This document shows positions 1-10,100 of a DNA stretch of 64,000 nucleotides, piece after piece. The DNA is taken from contig CAVQIV010000022.1 of assembly GCA_963712665.1 (NCBI GenBank), positions 279,215 through 343,214 on the forward strand, read 5' to 3'. Numbering within the stretch: the stretch's first letter is position 1; each line of letters begins with the position of its first letter. The position numbers and the translations under genes were made by a program. The stretch is from Thermoanaerobaculaceae bacterium (GTDB lineage Bacteria > Acidobacteriota > Thermoanaerobaculia > Multivoradales > UBA5704). The notes below the pieces were generated by a model. That model was not told where the DNA came from and searched no databases. It worked only from the letters and a program-made list of their open reading frames with translations.

Positions 1-1446
1 TGCGCGCGGCGTCGAACAGGTCGACGTTGTAGACCAGGTTGAAGTGGAGCTGGTCGTCCTCGCGGACGTAGAGGGTGAGGTCGAAGTTCGAGGGCGCCGT
101 GGCCGCCGGTCCGCCGGAGAGCTCGAGCCCCTCGATCCGGCGCCTCGTCTGCGGCACGTTGACCATGTTGAAGAACACCTGGAAGAGCGGCGTCCGTGAC
201 AGGTCCCGCTCCGGCCGCATCTCCTCCAGGAGCTTCTCGAAGGGCAGGTCCTGGTGGGCGTACGCCTCCAGGGTCGTCTCCCGCACTTGCGCCAGCAGGT
301 CCAGGAAGGTGGGGGCGCCTGCGAGGCCGGCGCGCAGCACGAGCGGTGTTCAGGAAGCAGCCGACAGCCGTTCCACCTCGGAGCGGTTGCGGCCGGCGAT
401 CGGCGAGCCCACCAGGACCTCCTCCTGGCCGCTGAGGCGCACGAGGAGGACGTCGAAGGCCGCCAGCAGGGTCATGAACAGCGTCGCGCCCGACCGCCGG
501 GAGAGGGCCTTGAGGTCCGCCGTCAGCGCGCGGTGAGAGGGCGAGCGAGCAGCCGGCGCCGCGGAAGGTGCGCACCAGGGGGCGCGGCCGGTCGGTGGGC
601 AGCTCCAGCACCGCGGGCGCGCCGGCCAGCCGCTGCCGCCAGTAGTCGGTCTGACGGGCGAAGAGGCCCTGGCCCGCAGCGGCCCCGCTGCCAGGCCGCG
701 AAATCGGCGTACTGCACAGGCAGCTCGGGCAGCGGCGACGGCTCGCCGCGGGAGAACGCCTCGTAGAGCGCCGCCAACTCGCCGAAGAGAACAGAGAGCG
801 ACCAGGCATCGGCGATTACGTGATGGACCTGGAGCAGCAGGAGGTGCTCCGCCGCCTCGAGCCGCAGCAGCGAGACCCGCAGCAACGGCCCACGCGCGAG
901 GTCGAAGGGTTGATGAGCCAGGGCCACGGCGAGCCGCTCGGCCTCAGTCTCCCGGCCGGACAGACGGCGCAGATCGATCACCGGGAGAGGCAACGCCAGC
1001 CGCGGCTGGACCTCCTGGTACGGCTGCCCGTCCGCGGTGTGGAAGGTGGTGCGCAGCGTCTCGTGCCGCCGCACCACCTCGTCGAGGGCGCGCTGGAGCA
1101 CGCCGGCGTCGAGGCCGCCCGCCAGGCGCAGGGAGGCGGGCATGACGTAGGTGCCACGCCCTGGCTCGAGCTGCTCGAGGAACCAGAGCCGCTCCTGGGC
1201 GGCAGATAGCGGCAGGGGCTGGTCGCGGGGAACTGGAACGACAGGAGGCACCCCCTCCTCGTCCCGGCCGGCCCGCCGGACGGCCTCCATCAGGCCGGCG
1301 ACCGTGGGGCTCTCGAACAGGGCGCGCAGCGGCAGGCTGACGCCGAAGGCGCTGCGCACTCGCGAGACGAGCTGGGTGGCGAGGAGGGAATGGCCCCCCA
1401 GCTCGAAGAAATTGTCGAAGGCTCCCACCCGCTGGAGTCCCAGCAC
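1..1446 (-). CDS. NRPS segment running off the window start: thiolation (PCP) domain plus the condensation domain of the next module; reading frame broken near nt ~520
   Basis: ORF 523..1446 carries the PCP core [10 protein letters not shown], then [19 protein letters not shown] and HHVIADAWS condensation motifs. The reverse complement of nt 1-120 translates in another frame to ...[30 protein letters not shown], a typical C-domain C-terminal region. The protein therefore continues left of nt 1. Confidence 0.7.
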
Positions 1447-2433
1447 CTCCTCCCAGAGGCCGGCGAGCAGCTCCTCCTCGGGCGACCGGGGCGGCCGTCC
1501 ACTCCGCCGCCGTCCGCTCCGTCTCGGGCTCGGGGAGGGCCTTGCGGTCCACCTTGCCGTTCGGGGTCAGCGGCAGCGCCGGGAGCACCGCCCAGGCCGC
1601 CGGCACCATGTGCTCGGGCAGGCGCTCGCGCAGCCAGGAGCGCAGGTCTCCCGCGAGCCCGGGCGCGGCGCCCTCGCGCGGCACCACGTAGGCGGCCAGG
1701 CGCAGGTCCCCCGCCGCCGCCTTGCGGGCCGCCACCACCGCCGCCGCCACCTGCGGGTGCCGGGTGAGCAGCGCCTCGATCTCCCCCAGCTCGACGCGGA
1801 AGCCGCGGATCTTGACCTGGTGGTCCAGGCGGCCCAGGAACTCCAACTCGCCGTCCGGCCGGTAGCGGGCCAGGTCGCCCGTGCGGTAGAGCCGGCCGCC
1901 CGGCTCCGGGCCGAACGGGTCGGGGACGAAGCGCTCCGCCGTCAGCTCCGGCGCGGTTCAGGTAGCCGCGCGCCAGGCCGTCGCCGCCCAGGCAGAGCTC
2001 CCCGGTGACGCCGCAGGGGACCGCGTTCAAGTGCGCGGTCGACGAGATAGACCCTGGTATTGGCGACCGGCCGGCCGATCGAGGGCTCCCCGGGGCCCGC
2101 CGGCGCCCAGGTCGAATAGGTGGTGTCCTCGGACGGGCCGTAGAGGTTGAGCACCCGGCCCACCGTGCCCAGCGCCTCGACGCGGCGCACCAGGGCGCCG
2201 CGTAGCGCCTCGCCCGCCAGGTTGACCGTGCGCACCGAGGGCGGCACCGCCTCCAGGCGCACCAGCTCCGCCATCGCCGACGGCACGGTGTTGATCAGCG
2301 TCACCTCGCCGCGCGCCGGCAGCTCCGGCAGGGCGAGGGCGTTCTCCGCCAGGACGACCGTGCCGCCCCAGGCGAGGGGGACGAACAGCTCGAAGACCGA
2401 GAGGTCGAAGCAGATCGAGGTCGAGGCCAGCAC
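944..2433 (-). pseudogene. NRPS module-11 adenylation domain, C-terminal two thirds, split over at least 3 frames (track ORFs 1942..2433, 1290..2030, 944..1846)
   Basis: [17 protein letters not shown]...[16 protein letters not shown]...[14 protein letters not shown] (A4/A5 region) lies in one frame. [17 protein letters not shown] lies in a second frame. [22 protein letters not shown]...[14 protein letters not shown] (A8-A10) lies in a third frame. Whether these breaks are biological or sequence error cannot be decided from sequence. Confidence 0.6.
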
Positions 2434-4076
2434 TCCGGCCAGATCCTCGGGGGGAACACCTCCGCTGCCCAGCGCACCATCTCCACGGCGCTGCGATGCT
2501 CGATGGCCACCCCCTTGGGGCGCCCGGTCGAGCCGGAGGTGTAGATCACGTACGCCAGCCGCCGCGAGCGCCCGGGCGACGCATCCGCCGGCCGCCGGAC
2601 CACGCCCGCGGTCCCGTCGTCCGCCAGGGGGAGCATCCTCCCCTCGATCCCGGGGAGCCGGTCGCCGAGCCCCTCCCCCACCAGCACCAGCGGCGCGCCG
2701 GCGTCCTCCAGGATGCCGGCCAGCCGCTGCCGCGGGTACGCCGGGTCGAGCGGCACATAGGCGCCGCCCGCCTTGAGGATGCCGAGCGCGCCCACCACCA
2801 GCTCCGGCGCTCGATTCGCCAGCAGCCCGACGCGGACCTCAGGTCCCACGCCCGCAGTGCTCAGGCGGGCGGCCAGGCGTTCGGCGCGGGTGTCGAGCTC
2901 GCGGTAGGAGATCCGCTGCTGGTTCCAGATCAGGGCCACGGCCTCCGGCCGCGCCGCCACCTGGACTTCGAACAGCTCATGGAGCAGAGCTTCGGCCGGA
3001 CGCGCCACGCTCGTCGCGTTCCACTCCAGCAGGAGCTGATCCCGCTCGGCCGGAGGGAGCAACGGCAGCTCCGAGAGGCGCAGGGAAGGGTCGGCGGCGG
3101 CGCTCCGCAGCAGGATCTCCAGGTGCCCGAGCAGGCGCCGCACGGTGGCGCCGTCGAACAGGTCGGCGCTGTGCTCCATGGCTCCGGCGAGCCCGCCGTT
3201 CTCCCCGGTCGGGGCCTCGGCCAGGGCCAGCGTCAGGTCGAACTTGGCGCTCTCCCCCTCCGTCGCCAGCGGCGTCAGCAGCAGCCCGGGCAGCTCCAGG
3301 GCCGGCATCGGGGCGTTCTGCAGCACGAAGAGCACCTGGAACAGGGGGTTGCGCGCCAGGTCGCGCTCCGGCTCCAGCTCCTCGACCAGCTTTTCAAACG
3401 GCACGTCCTGGTGGGCGTAGGCCGCCAGGGTGGCCTCGCTCACCCGTGCGATCAGCTCTGCGAAGGTCGGATCGCCGGCCAGCCTCCCCCGCAGCACGAG
3501 GGTGTTGACGAACATGCCGATCAGGCCCTCCGTCTCCAGCCGGTTGCGGTTGGCGATGGGCGAGCCCACGGCCAGGTCCTCGGCGCCGCTGTAGCGGCCG
3601 AGCAGGGCCTGGAGGCCGGCGAGCACGGTCATGAACAGGGTCGCCCCCCGTTGCCGGCCGAGGGCCTTGAGGCGCTCGACGAAGTCCGCCGGCAGGGCGA
3701 ACGGCTCGGACCCGCCGCGGCCGCTCCATATCGCCGGGCGTGGGCGGTCGAAGGGCAGGTCGAGGCCGGCGGGGAGGCCTGCGAGCTGCGACCGCCAGTG
3801 CGCGATCTCAGCCGCCAGGACCTCGCCCCGGAGCCACTCGCGCTGCCAGCGGGCGAAGTCCCCATACTGCACGGGCAGCTCGGGTAGGGGCGACGGCCGG
3901 CCCGCCAGGGCGGCGGTGTAGAGCGCCGCGAGCTCGCTCACCAGCACCCCGGTCGACCAGCCGTCGGCCACGATGTGATGCAGGCTGAGCAGCAGCACGG
4001 CATCGCCGCCGTCGCACTGCAGCGAGGGCCGTGCGCAGCAGCGGCCCCCGCGCCAGGTCGAACGGCCGCCGCGCAT
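2301..4076 (-). CDS. NRPS condensation domain plus N-terminal part of the module-11 adenylation domain (atypical DltA-like subtype)
   Basis: HHIVADGWS motif and a full C-domain body are followed by [31 protein letters not shown], with the A3 core near nt ~2540. The frame is lost immediately after. Confidence 0.75.
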   Translation of the reverse strand: MRGGRSTWRGGRCCARPSLQCDGGDAVLLLSLHHIVADGWSTGVLVSELAALYTAALAGRPSPLPELPVQYGDFARWQREWLRGEVLAAEIAHWRSQLAGLPAGLDLPFDRPRPAIWSGRGGSEPFALPADFVERLKALGRQRGATLFMTVLAGLQALLGRYSGAEDLAVGSPIANRNRLETEGLIGMFVNTLVLRGRLAGDPTFAELIARVSEATLAAYAHQDVPFEKLVEELEPERDLARNPLFQVLFVLQNAPMPALELPGLLLTPLATEGESAKFDLTLALAEAPTGENGGLAGAMEHSADLFDGATVRRLLGHLEILLRSAAADPSLRLSELPLLPPAERDQLLLEWNATSVARPAEALLHELFEVQVAARPEAVALIWNQQRISYRELDTRAERLAARLSTAGVGPEVRVGLLANRAPELVVGALGILKAGGAYVPLDPAYPRQRLAGILEDAGAPLVLVGEGLGDRLPGIEGRMLPLADDGTAGVVRRPADASPGRSRRLAYVIYTSGSTGRPKGVAIEHRSAVEMVRWAAEVFPPRIWPECWPRPRSASTSRSSSCSSPSPGAARSSWRRTPSPCRSCRRAAR

Positions 4077-7000
4077 CCTGCAACACCAGGCGCCGCACCT
4101 CGCCGTCCCGCGCCGCCGCGGGCAGGTCCGCCAGGTCGACCACCGGCAGCGCCAGGGCGGGCGCCGGCGCGACGTGCTGCACCGGCCGCCCTTCGACCTC
4201 GGGGAAGGTGGTGCGCAGGGCCTCGTGGCGTCGCACCACCTCGCGCAGGCTGGCCGCCAGCGCCGCCCGGTCGAGCCGCCCGCGCAGCCGCACCGGCGCC
4301 GGCACGTTGTAGGCGGAGCCGCCCGGCTCGAGCTGATCCAGGAACCAGAGGCGCTCCTGGGCGAAAGACAGAGGCAGCTCGCCGGTGCGCGGCGCGGCCA
4401 CGATGCGGGGAGCCTGGAGCCAGACGGCGGCCGGCTGGTCCTCGGGCCGTAGCAACCCGGCGAGACCCGCCACGGTCGGGCGCTCGAACAGGGCCGCCAG
4501 CGCCACCTCGCGCCCGAAGGCCTGCCGCACCCGCGAGACGAGCTGTGTGGCCAACAGCGAGTGGCCGCCCAGCTCGAAGAAGTCGTCGTGCGCTCCCACC
4601 CGGGGGACGCCGAGCACCTCGCTCCAGAGGCCGGCGAGGATCTCCTCCTCGCGATCGCGCGGCGCCACGTAGGCGCCGGCGTCGCCAGCCGGCGCCTCGG
4701 GATCGGGCAGGGCTCGGCGATCCACCTTGCCGTTGGGCGTCAACGGCAGGGCGGGCAGGACGACGAAGGCCGCGGGCACCATGTAGTCCGGCAGCCGCTC
4801 GGCGAGGAAGGCGCGCAACTCGCGGGCCGAAGTCTCCGTCGACGCCACGTAGGCGACCAGCCGGCGGCCGCCGGGCCCGTTCTCCCGCGCCACCACGACG
4901 GCCTCGCGCACGGCCGGGTGGGTGGCCAGGGCCGCCTCGATCTCCCCCGGCTCGATGCGGAAGCCGCGAATCTTCACCTGGTGATCGGCCCGCCCCATGA
5001 ACTCGACGCTGCCGTCGGGCCGGTGGCGCACCAGGTCGCCCGTGCGGTAGAGCCGCGATCCCGCCTCCGCCGCGGAGCGCGCGAAGGGGTTGGGGACGAA
5101 GCGCTCGGCGGTGAGCTCCGGCCGGCGCCAGTAGCCGTCCGCCAGGCCGTCGCCGCCGAGGAAGAGCTCCCCCGGCGCCCCGGGGACCGCGGGCTGCAGC
5201 CGGCGGTCCAGGACGTAGGCGGTGGTGTTGGCCAGCGGCCGGCCGATGGGCACGGTGGCGGCCCCCTCCGGCACGGACTCGACCCGGTGCCAGAGGGCGA
5301 AGGTGGTGCTCTCGGTGGGGCCATAGACGTGGAGCAGCCGCTCTGGAGCGCCCTTGGCCAGCACCTCCCGCACCCAGCGGGGGTCGCAGGCCTCGCCGCC
5401 GAAGAGGAGGTGGCGCAGACCCCGGAAGCCCTCCGGAGCCTCGCGCGCCACTTGGTTGAACAGCGCCGTGGTGAGGAACATGGCCGAGATCCGCTGGCGC
5501 CCCAGCTCGGCCGCCAGCTCGCGCGGCGACAGGGCGACGTCGCGGGCGATGCCCACCAGGCAGCCGCCGTGCAGGAGCGCGCCCCAGATCTCGAAGGTGG
5601 CGGCGTCGAACGAGACGTTGGAGAGGTGGGCGATGCGGTCGGCCGGGCCCAGCTCGACGTAGTCGGTCGCGAACAGCAGGCGGACGATGGCCCGCTGGGG
5701 GATGGCGATCCCCTTGGGGCGGCCCGTCGAGCCCGAGGTGTACATGACGTAGGCGAGGCTGTCGGTGCTCCCCTGCCGCACCGGCTCGTCGCCGTCCAGG
5801 CTCGCGATGCGCCCGGCGTCGGCCTCCAGGCTCTCGCGCGTCACCACCGCCGAGGCGCCGGCATCCTCCAGCATCCAGGCCCGGCGCTCCGCCGGGTAGG
5901 CCGGGTCGAGGGGCAGATAGGCCGCACCCGCCTTGACCACGGCCAGCAGCGTCACCACCAGCTCGGGAGACCGCTCGAGGCAGACGCCCACCAGGCCGCC
6001 CGGCGCCACTCCCAGCGACTGCAGGTGACAGGCGAGCTGGTTGGAGCGCGCGTCGAGCTCGCCGTAGGTGAGGACCTCGGCGCCGAAACGCAGGGCCTCG
6101 GCCGCCGGCGTACGCCCGGCCCAGAAGGCGAAGAGCTCGGGCAGGGTTGTGTTGCGGGGATAGCCGGTCGCGGTCTCGTTCCAGGTCAGCAGCACCTGCC
6201 GGCGCTCGGCCGCGCTGAGCACGGGGAGCTCGGAGACGCGCCGCTCGGGGTCGGCCACGACGCTCTGCAGCAGACCGTTGAAACGGTCCGCCAGGCGCTC
6301 GATGGTCGCGGCCTCGAAAAGGTCGACGCTGTACTCGAAGGTGGCGCTGAGGCCCTCTCCCGCTTCCGCGATCGCCAGCAGGAGGTCGAACTTCGCCAGA
6401 CCGCTCTCCGTCTCGACCGGCTCCATGGCGAGCCCCGGGAACCGCAGGGTGCCGGGCGCAGCGTTCTGCAGCGCGAACAGGACCTGGAACAGGGGCGTGG
6501 AGCGTCCGTCCCGCGCGGGAGCCAGCTCCTCGACCAGCTTCTCGAACGGCAGGTCCTGGTGCTCGGAGGCGCCCAGCACCGCCTCGCGGACCCGGCGCAG
6601 GGCGCCGCGGAAGCCCGGATCTCCGGCAAGGTCGAGGCGCAGGACCAGGGTATTGACGAAGAAGCCGATCAGCGGCTCCGTCTCCAGCCGGTTGCGGTTG
6701 GCGACGGGAGAGCCCACGACCACGTCCTCCTGGCCGCTCCAGCGCGCCAGCAGCACCTGGAAGCCGGCGAGCAGAGCGGCGAACAGCGTCGTCCCCTCTC
6801 GCCGGGCGAGGCCCGACACCTCGGCCGCCAGCCCCGGGGAGAGCGCGAAGGAGCGGTGGGCGCCCCGCGCGCTGCGCACCGCCGGCCGCGGCCGGTCGAT
6901 GGGCAGGTCGAGGACGGGTGGAGCGCCGTCCAGGGCCCGCCGCCAATAGTCGAGCTGGCGCTCCAGGGCCTCACCTTGCAGCCACTGCCGTTGCCAGACG

Positions 7001-7104
7001 GCGAAGTCCGCGTACTGGAGATTGAGCTCAGGGAGTGGCGAGAGGGCATCCTTGCCCATCGCGCCGAACGTGCCATAGAGCGCCGCCAGCTCGGCCAGGA
7101 ACAC
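3808..7104 (-). CDS. NRPS module 10: C domain (C-terminal part), A domain, PCP, and N-terminal part of the next C domain
   Basis: [19 protein letters not shown] (core ~5725), SNVSFDAATFEIW, HVYGPTESTTF, YRTGDLVR and [20 protein letters not shown] form the A domain. [10 protein letters not shown] is the PCP core, and [19 protein letters not shown] starts the next C domain. The frame is lost near 7.1-7.3 kb and near 3.8-4.0 kb. Confidence 0.85.
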   Translation of the reverse strand: MFLAELAALYGTFGAMGKDALSPLPELNLQYADFAVWQRQWLQGEALERQLDYWRRALDGAPPVLDLPIDRPRPAVRSARGAHRSFALSPGLAAEVSGLARREGTTLFAALLAGFQVLLARWSGQEDVVVGSPVANRNRLETEPLIGFFVNTLVLRLDLAGDPGFRGALRRVREAVLGASEHQDLPFEKLVEELAPARDGRSTPLFQVLFALQNAAPGTLRFPGLAMEPVETESGLAKFDLLLAIAEAGEGLSATFEYSVDLFEAATIERLADRFNGLLQSVVADPERRVSELPVLSAAERRQVLLTWNETATGYPRNTTLPELFAFWAGRTPAAEALRFGAEVLTYGELDARSNQLACHLQSLGVAPGGLVGVCLERSPELVVTLLAVVKAGAAYLPLDPAYPAERRAWMLEDAGASAVVTRESLEADAGRIASLDGDEPVRQGSTDSLAYVMYTSGSTGRPKGIAIPQRAIVRLLFATDYVELGPADRIAHLSNVSFDAATFEIWGALLHGGCLVGIARDVALSPRELAAELGRQRISAMFLTTALFNQVAREAPEGFRGLRHLLFGGEACDPRWVREVLAKGAPERLLHVYGPTESTTFALWHRVESVPEGAATVPIGRPLANTTAYVLDRRLQPAVPGAPGELFLGGDGLADGYWRRPELTAERFVPNPFARSAAEAGSRLYRTGDLVRHRPDGSVEFMGRADHQVKIRGFRIEPGEIEAALATHPAVREAVVVARENGPGGRRLVAYVASTETSARELRAFLAERLPDYMVPAAFVVLPALPLTPNGKVDRRALPDPEAPAGDAGAYVAPRDREEEILAGLWSEVLGVPRVGAHDDFFELGGHSLLATQLVSRVRQAFGREVALAALFERPTVAGLAGLLRPEDQPAAVWLQAPRIVAAPRTGELPLSFAQERLWFLDQLEPGGSAYNVPAPVRLRGRLDRAALAASLREVVRRHEALRTTFPEVEGRPVQHVAPAPALALPVVDLADLPAAARDGEVRRLVLQDARRPFDLARGPLLRTALAAVRRRRCRAAAQPASHRGRRLVDRGAGERARGALHRRPGGPAVAPTRAARAVWGLRPLAARVAPGRGPGG

Positions 7105-10100
7105 CCCGATCGACCAGCCGTCCGAGGCGATGTGGTGGAAGGTGACGAGCAGGACAGTGCTCCAGGGCTCCCAGGCGCAGCAGCGTCACCCGCAGCATCC
7201 ACGGCGGGCTCGCCTCGCTGGCTGCCAGCGCGAAGGCCCGTGTGGCCTCCTCCTGGGCCAGCCGCCGCGCAACAGTGTCACGGGTAGCGGCCGGCAGCGC
7301 CGATAGGTCGATGGCCGGCAAGGGCCGTGGCCGCCAGGGAGCGATCACCTGCACGGGGCGACGGTTGCGCCCCTCGGCGAAGCCGGTGCGCAGCACCTCG
7401 TGCCGGCGCACGATCTCGCCGATGGCAGCCTCCAGAGCCGCGGTGGCGAGGCGCCCCCGCAGACGCACGGCGCCCGGCATGTTGTAGAGGGCGCTGCCCG
7501 GCTCCAGTCGGTCGAGGAACCAGAGCCGCTCCTGGGCGAAGGAGAGCGGCAGCTCGACGTCCACAGGCAGCGGCCGGGGCAGCGGCACGAGCGGCGGAGC
7601 CGCCAGCCTCGGCGCGGGCTGGACGGCGGCCGGCGCCATCGTGGCCGCAGCCAGGGGCTCGCCCAGCTCCGCCGCCAGCTCTTCGATCGTCGGCGCCTCG
7701 AACAGCCGGCGGATCGGCAGCTCGACACCGAAGGCCGCGCGGGCACGGGAGACGACCTGAGTGGCCAACAGCGAGTGGCCGCCCAGCTCGAAGAAGCTGT
7801 CGCGCACGCCCACCTGCTCGAGCCCCAGCACCTCGGCCCAGATCTGCGCCAGCGCCGCCTCGGCGGCGTTGCGGGGCAGGACCCGCTCGCGCGCCCCTTG
7901 CTGAGCGGGATCGGGCGCGGGCAGGGCTGCCTGGTCGAGCTTGCCGTTGGCGTTGAGCGGCAGCGACTCCATGACCACGAAAGCCGACGGCACCATGTAC
8001 TCCGGCAGCTTCTGCTTGAGGAAGGCGCGCAGCTCGCCGAGCGTCTCCTCACCCTGCTCTTCGAGCACCACGTAAGCCACCAGACGCCTGCCTTCCCGCG
8101 CCGCCGGCGCCACCACGGCCGCGTCGCGCACGGCCGGATGGCTCGCCAGCACCGTGTCGATCTCCCCCAGCTCGACCCGGAAGCCGCGGATCTTCACCTG
8201 GGTGTCGATCCTGCCGTGGTACTCGATCTGCCCGTCGGCGAGATAGCGCGCCGAGTCGCCCGTTCGATAGAGCCGCGCTCCCGGCTCCGCGGCGTACGGA
8301 TCGGGCACCATCTTCTGCGCCGTCAGCACGGGGTCGTTCAGATACCCCCGGGGCACGCAGGCGCCCGCCGCGTACAGCTCGCCCGGCACGCCCACGGGCA
8401 CCGGCTCCAGGTGCGCGTCGAGCAGGTGGATGCGCACGTTGACGATCGGCCGGCCGATCGACGGGATGGCCGGCCAACTCCCCGGTACGCCGGCCAGCGT
8501 CAGGGCGCTCACCACGTGGGTTTCGGAGGCGCCGTACTGGTTGTGCAGCGAGCAGCCGGGCAGGCGCTCGAACAGCAACCGCACCGTGGGGTTGACCTGG
8601 AGCTGCTCGCCCGCGGTGATCACCTCGCGCAGGCGGGAGGGGAGCCGATCCTGCTCCGCCGCCGCCTCGGCCAGGTGCTTCAGGGCCGCAAACGGCAGGT
8701 GCAGCCGCTCGATCTCCTGAGCCTCCAGGAAGGCGTTGAGCCCCACGACGTCGCGCCGCACCATCTCGCTCGCCAGGACCAGGGTGCCGCCCGAGCACCA
8801 GGAGGAGAACACCTCCTGGAACGAGACGCAGAAGCCGAAGGTGGCGAACTGCACCGTGCGCGCCACCCCCGAGAGCGATGAGCGCCGGAGCTGCCAGTCG
8901 AGGAGGTTGGCGAAGGCCCGGTGGGTGACCAGGATCCCCTTGGGCATTCCCGTGGAGCCCGAGGTGTAGATGGCGTAGATCGGATTGTCGAGCTCGACGC
9001 CGCTCGCCGGATCCTCGCCGCTCTCGCCCGGGAACGGCTCGGTGTCTCCTTCCAGCAGGATGGCGATCGCCTCCTGGCCCGGGAAGTGGCGCAGCAGCGA
9101 CTCCTGGGTGATCAGCGCCCGCAACCTGGCATCCTGGATGATGAAGGCCAGGCGGTCCACCGGGTAGGCTGGGTCGAGGGCCACCATCCCACCGCCCGCC
9201 TTGAGCACCGCCAGCATCGACACCAGCATGCCCAGCGAGCGCTCCAGGCAGATACCCACCAGCGACTCGGGACCGACCCCGCGCCGGCGCAGGCCGTGCG
9301 CCATGCGATTGGCGCGCCGGTTCAGCTCCTCGTAGGTGAGGCCATGACCCTCGAACACCGCCGCTACGGTCGCAGGCGAGCGCCGGACCTGCTCCTCCAC
9401 CCAGCGGTGGACGCAGGAGGTCGCTCCTGCCACGACGTCCGTGCCGTTCCACTCCACCAGCACCTGGTGGCGTTCGGCGGGCGAAAGCAGCGGCAGGGCC
9501 GTGAACGGCCGGTCCGGCGCGGCGACCGCCCCGCGCAGCAGCGCCTCGTAGTGTCGCGACAGGCGCCGCGCCGTGGCCGGATCGAAGAGGTCGGTGTTGA
9601 ACTCGACGAGCCCCAGGAGCCGCCCCTCGCTCTCGTGCCAGAAGACGGTCAGGTCGAACTTGGCCGTGGCGGTGTCGACCGCGAGCGGGCGCACCACGAG
9701 ACCTTCGATCCCGGCCGCGGCCTGCGGCTGGTTCTGGAGCACGCACATCACCTGGAAGAGCGGATTGCGGCTCATGTCCCGCTCGGGCTGGATCTCCCCC
9801 ACCAGCTTCTCGAACGGCAGCTCCTGGTGGGCGTAGGCCTCCAGCGCCACCTCGCGCACCCGCCGCAGCAGGGGCTGGAAGCCCGGATCACCCGCGAGAT
9901 CCGTGCGCAGCACCAGGGTGTTGGCGAAGAAGCCGATCAGCCCTTCCACCTCGGCGCGGTTGCGGTTGGCGATGGGCGAGCCCACCGGCACGTCCACCTG
10001 GCGGGTGAGCCGGGAGAGCAGGGCCTGGAACCCCGCCAGCAGCGTCATGAACAGGGTGGCGCCCTGGCCGCGGGAGAGGGCGTGAAGAGCCGCGGTCAGC

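Noticed and set aside
4561-7287. Long plus-strand ORFs antisense to the NRPS (for example 4561..7287, 8921..10354, 17765..20299, 25859..27715, 33329..37435)
   Set aside because: Their translations are Arg/Gly/Pro/Ala-rich low-complexity text with no motifs. They lie opposite clear NRPS domains. Open antisense frames are expected at ~70 percent GC.
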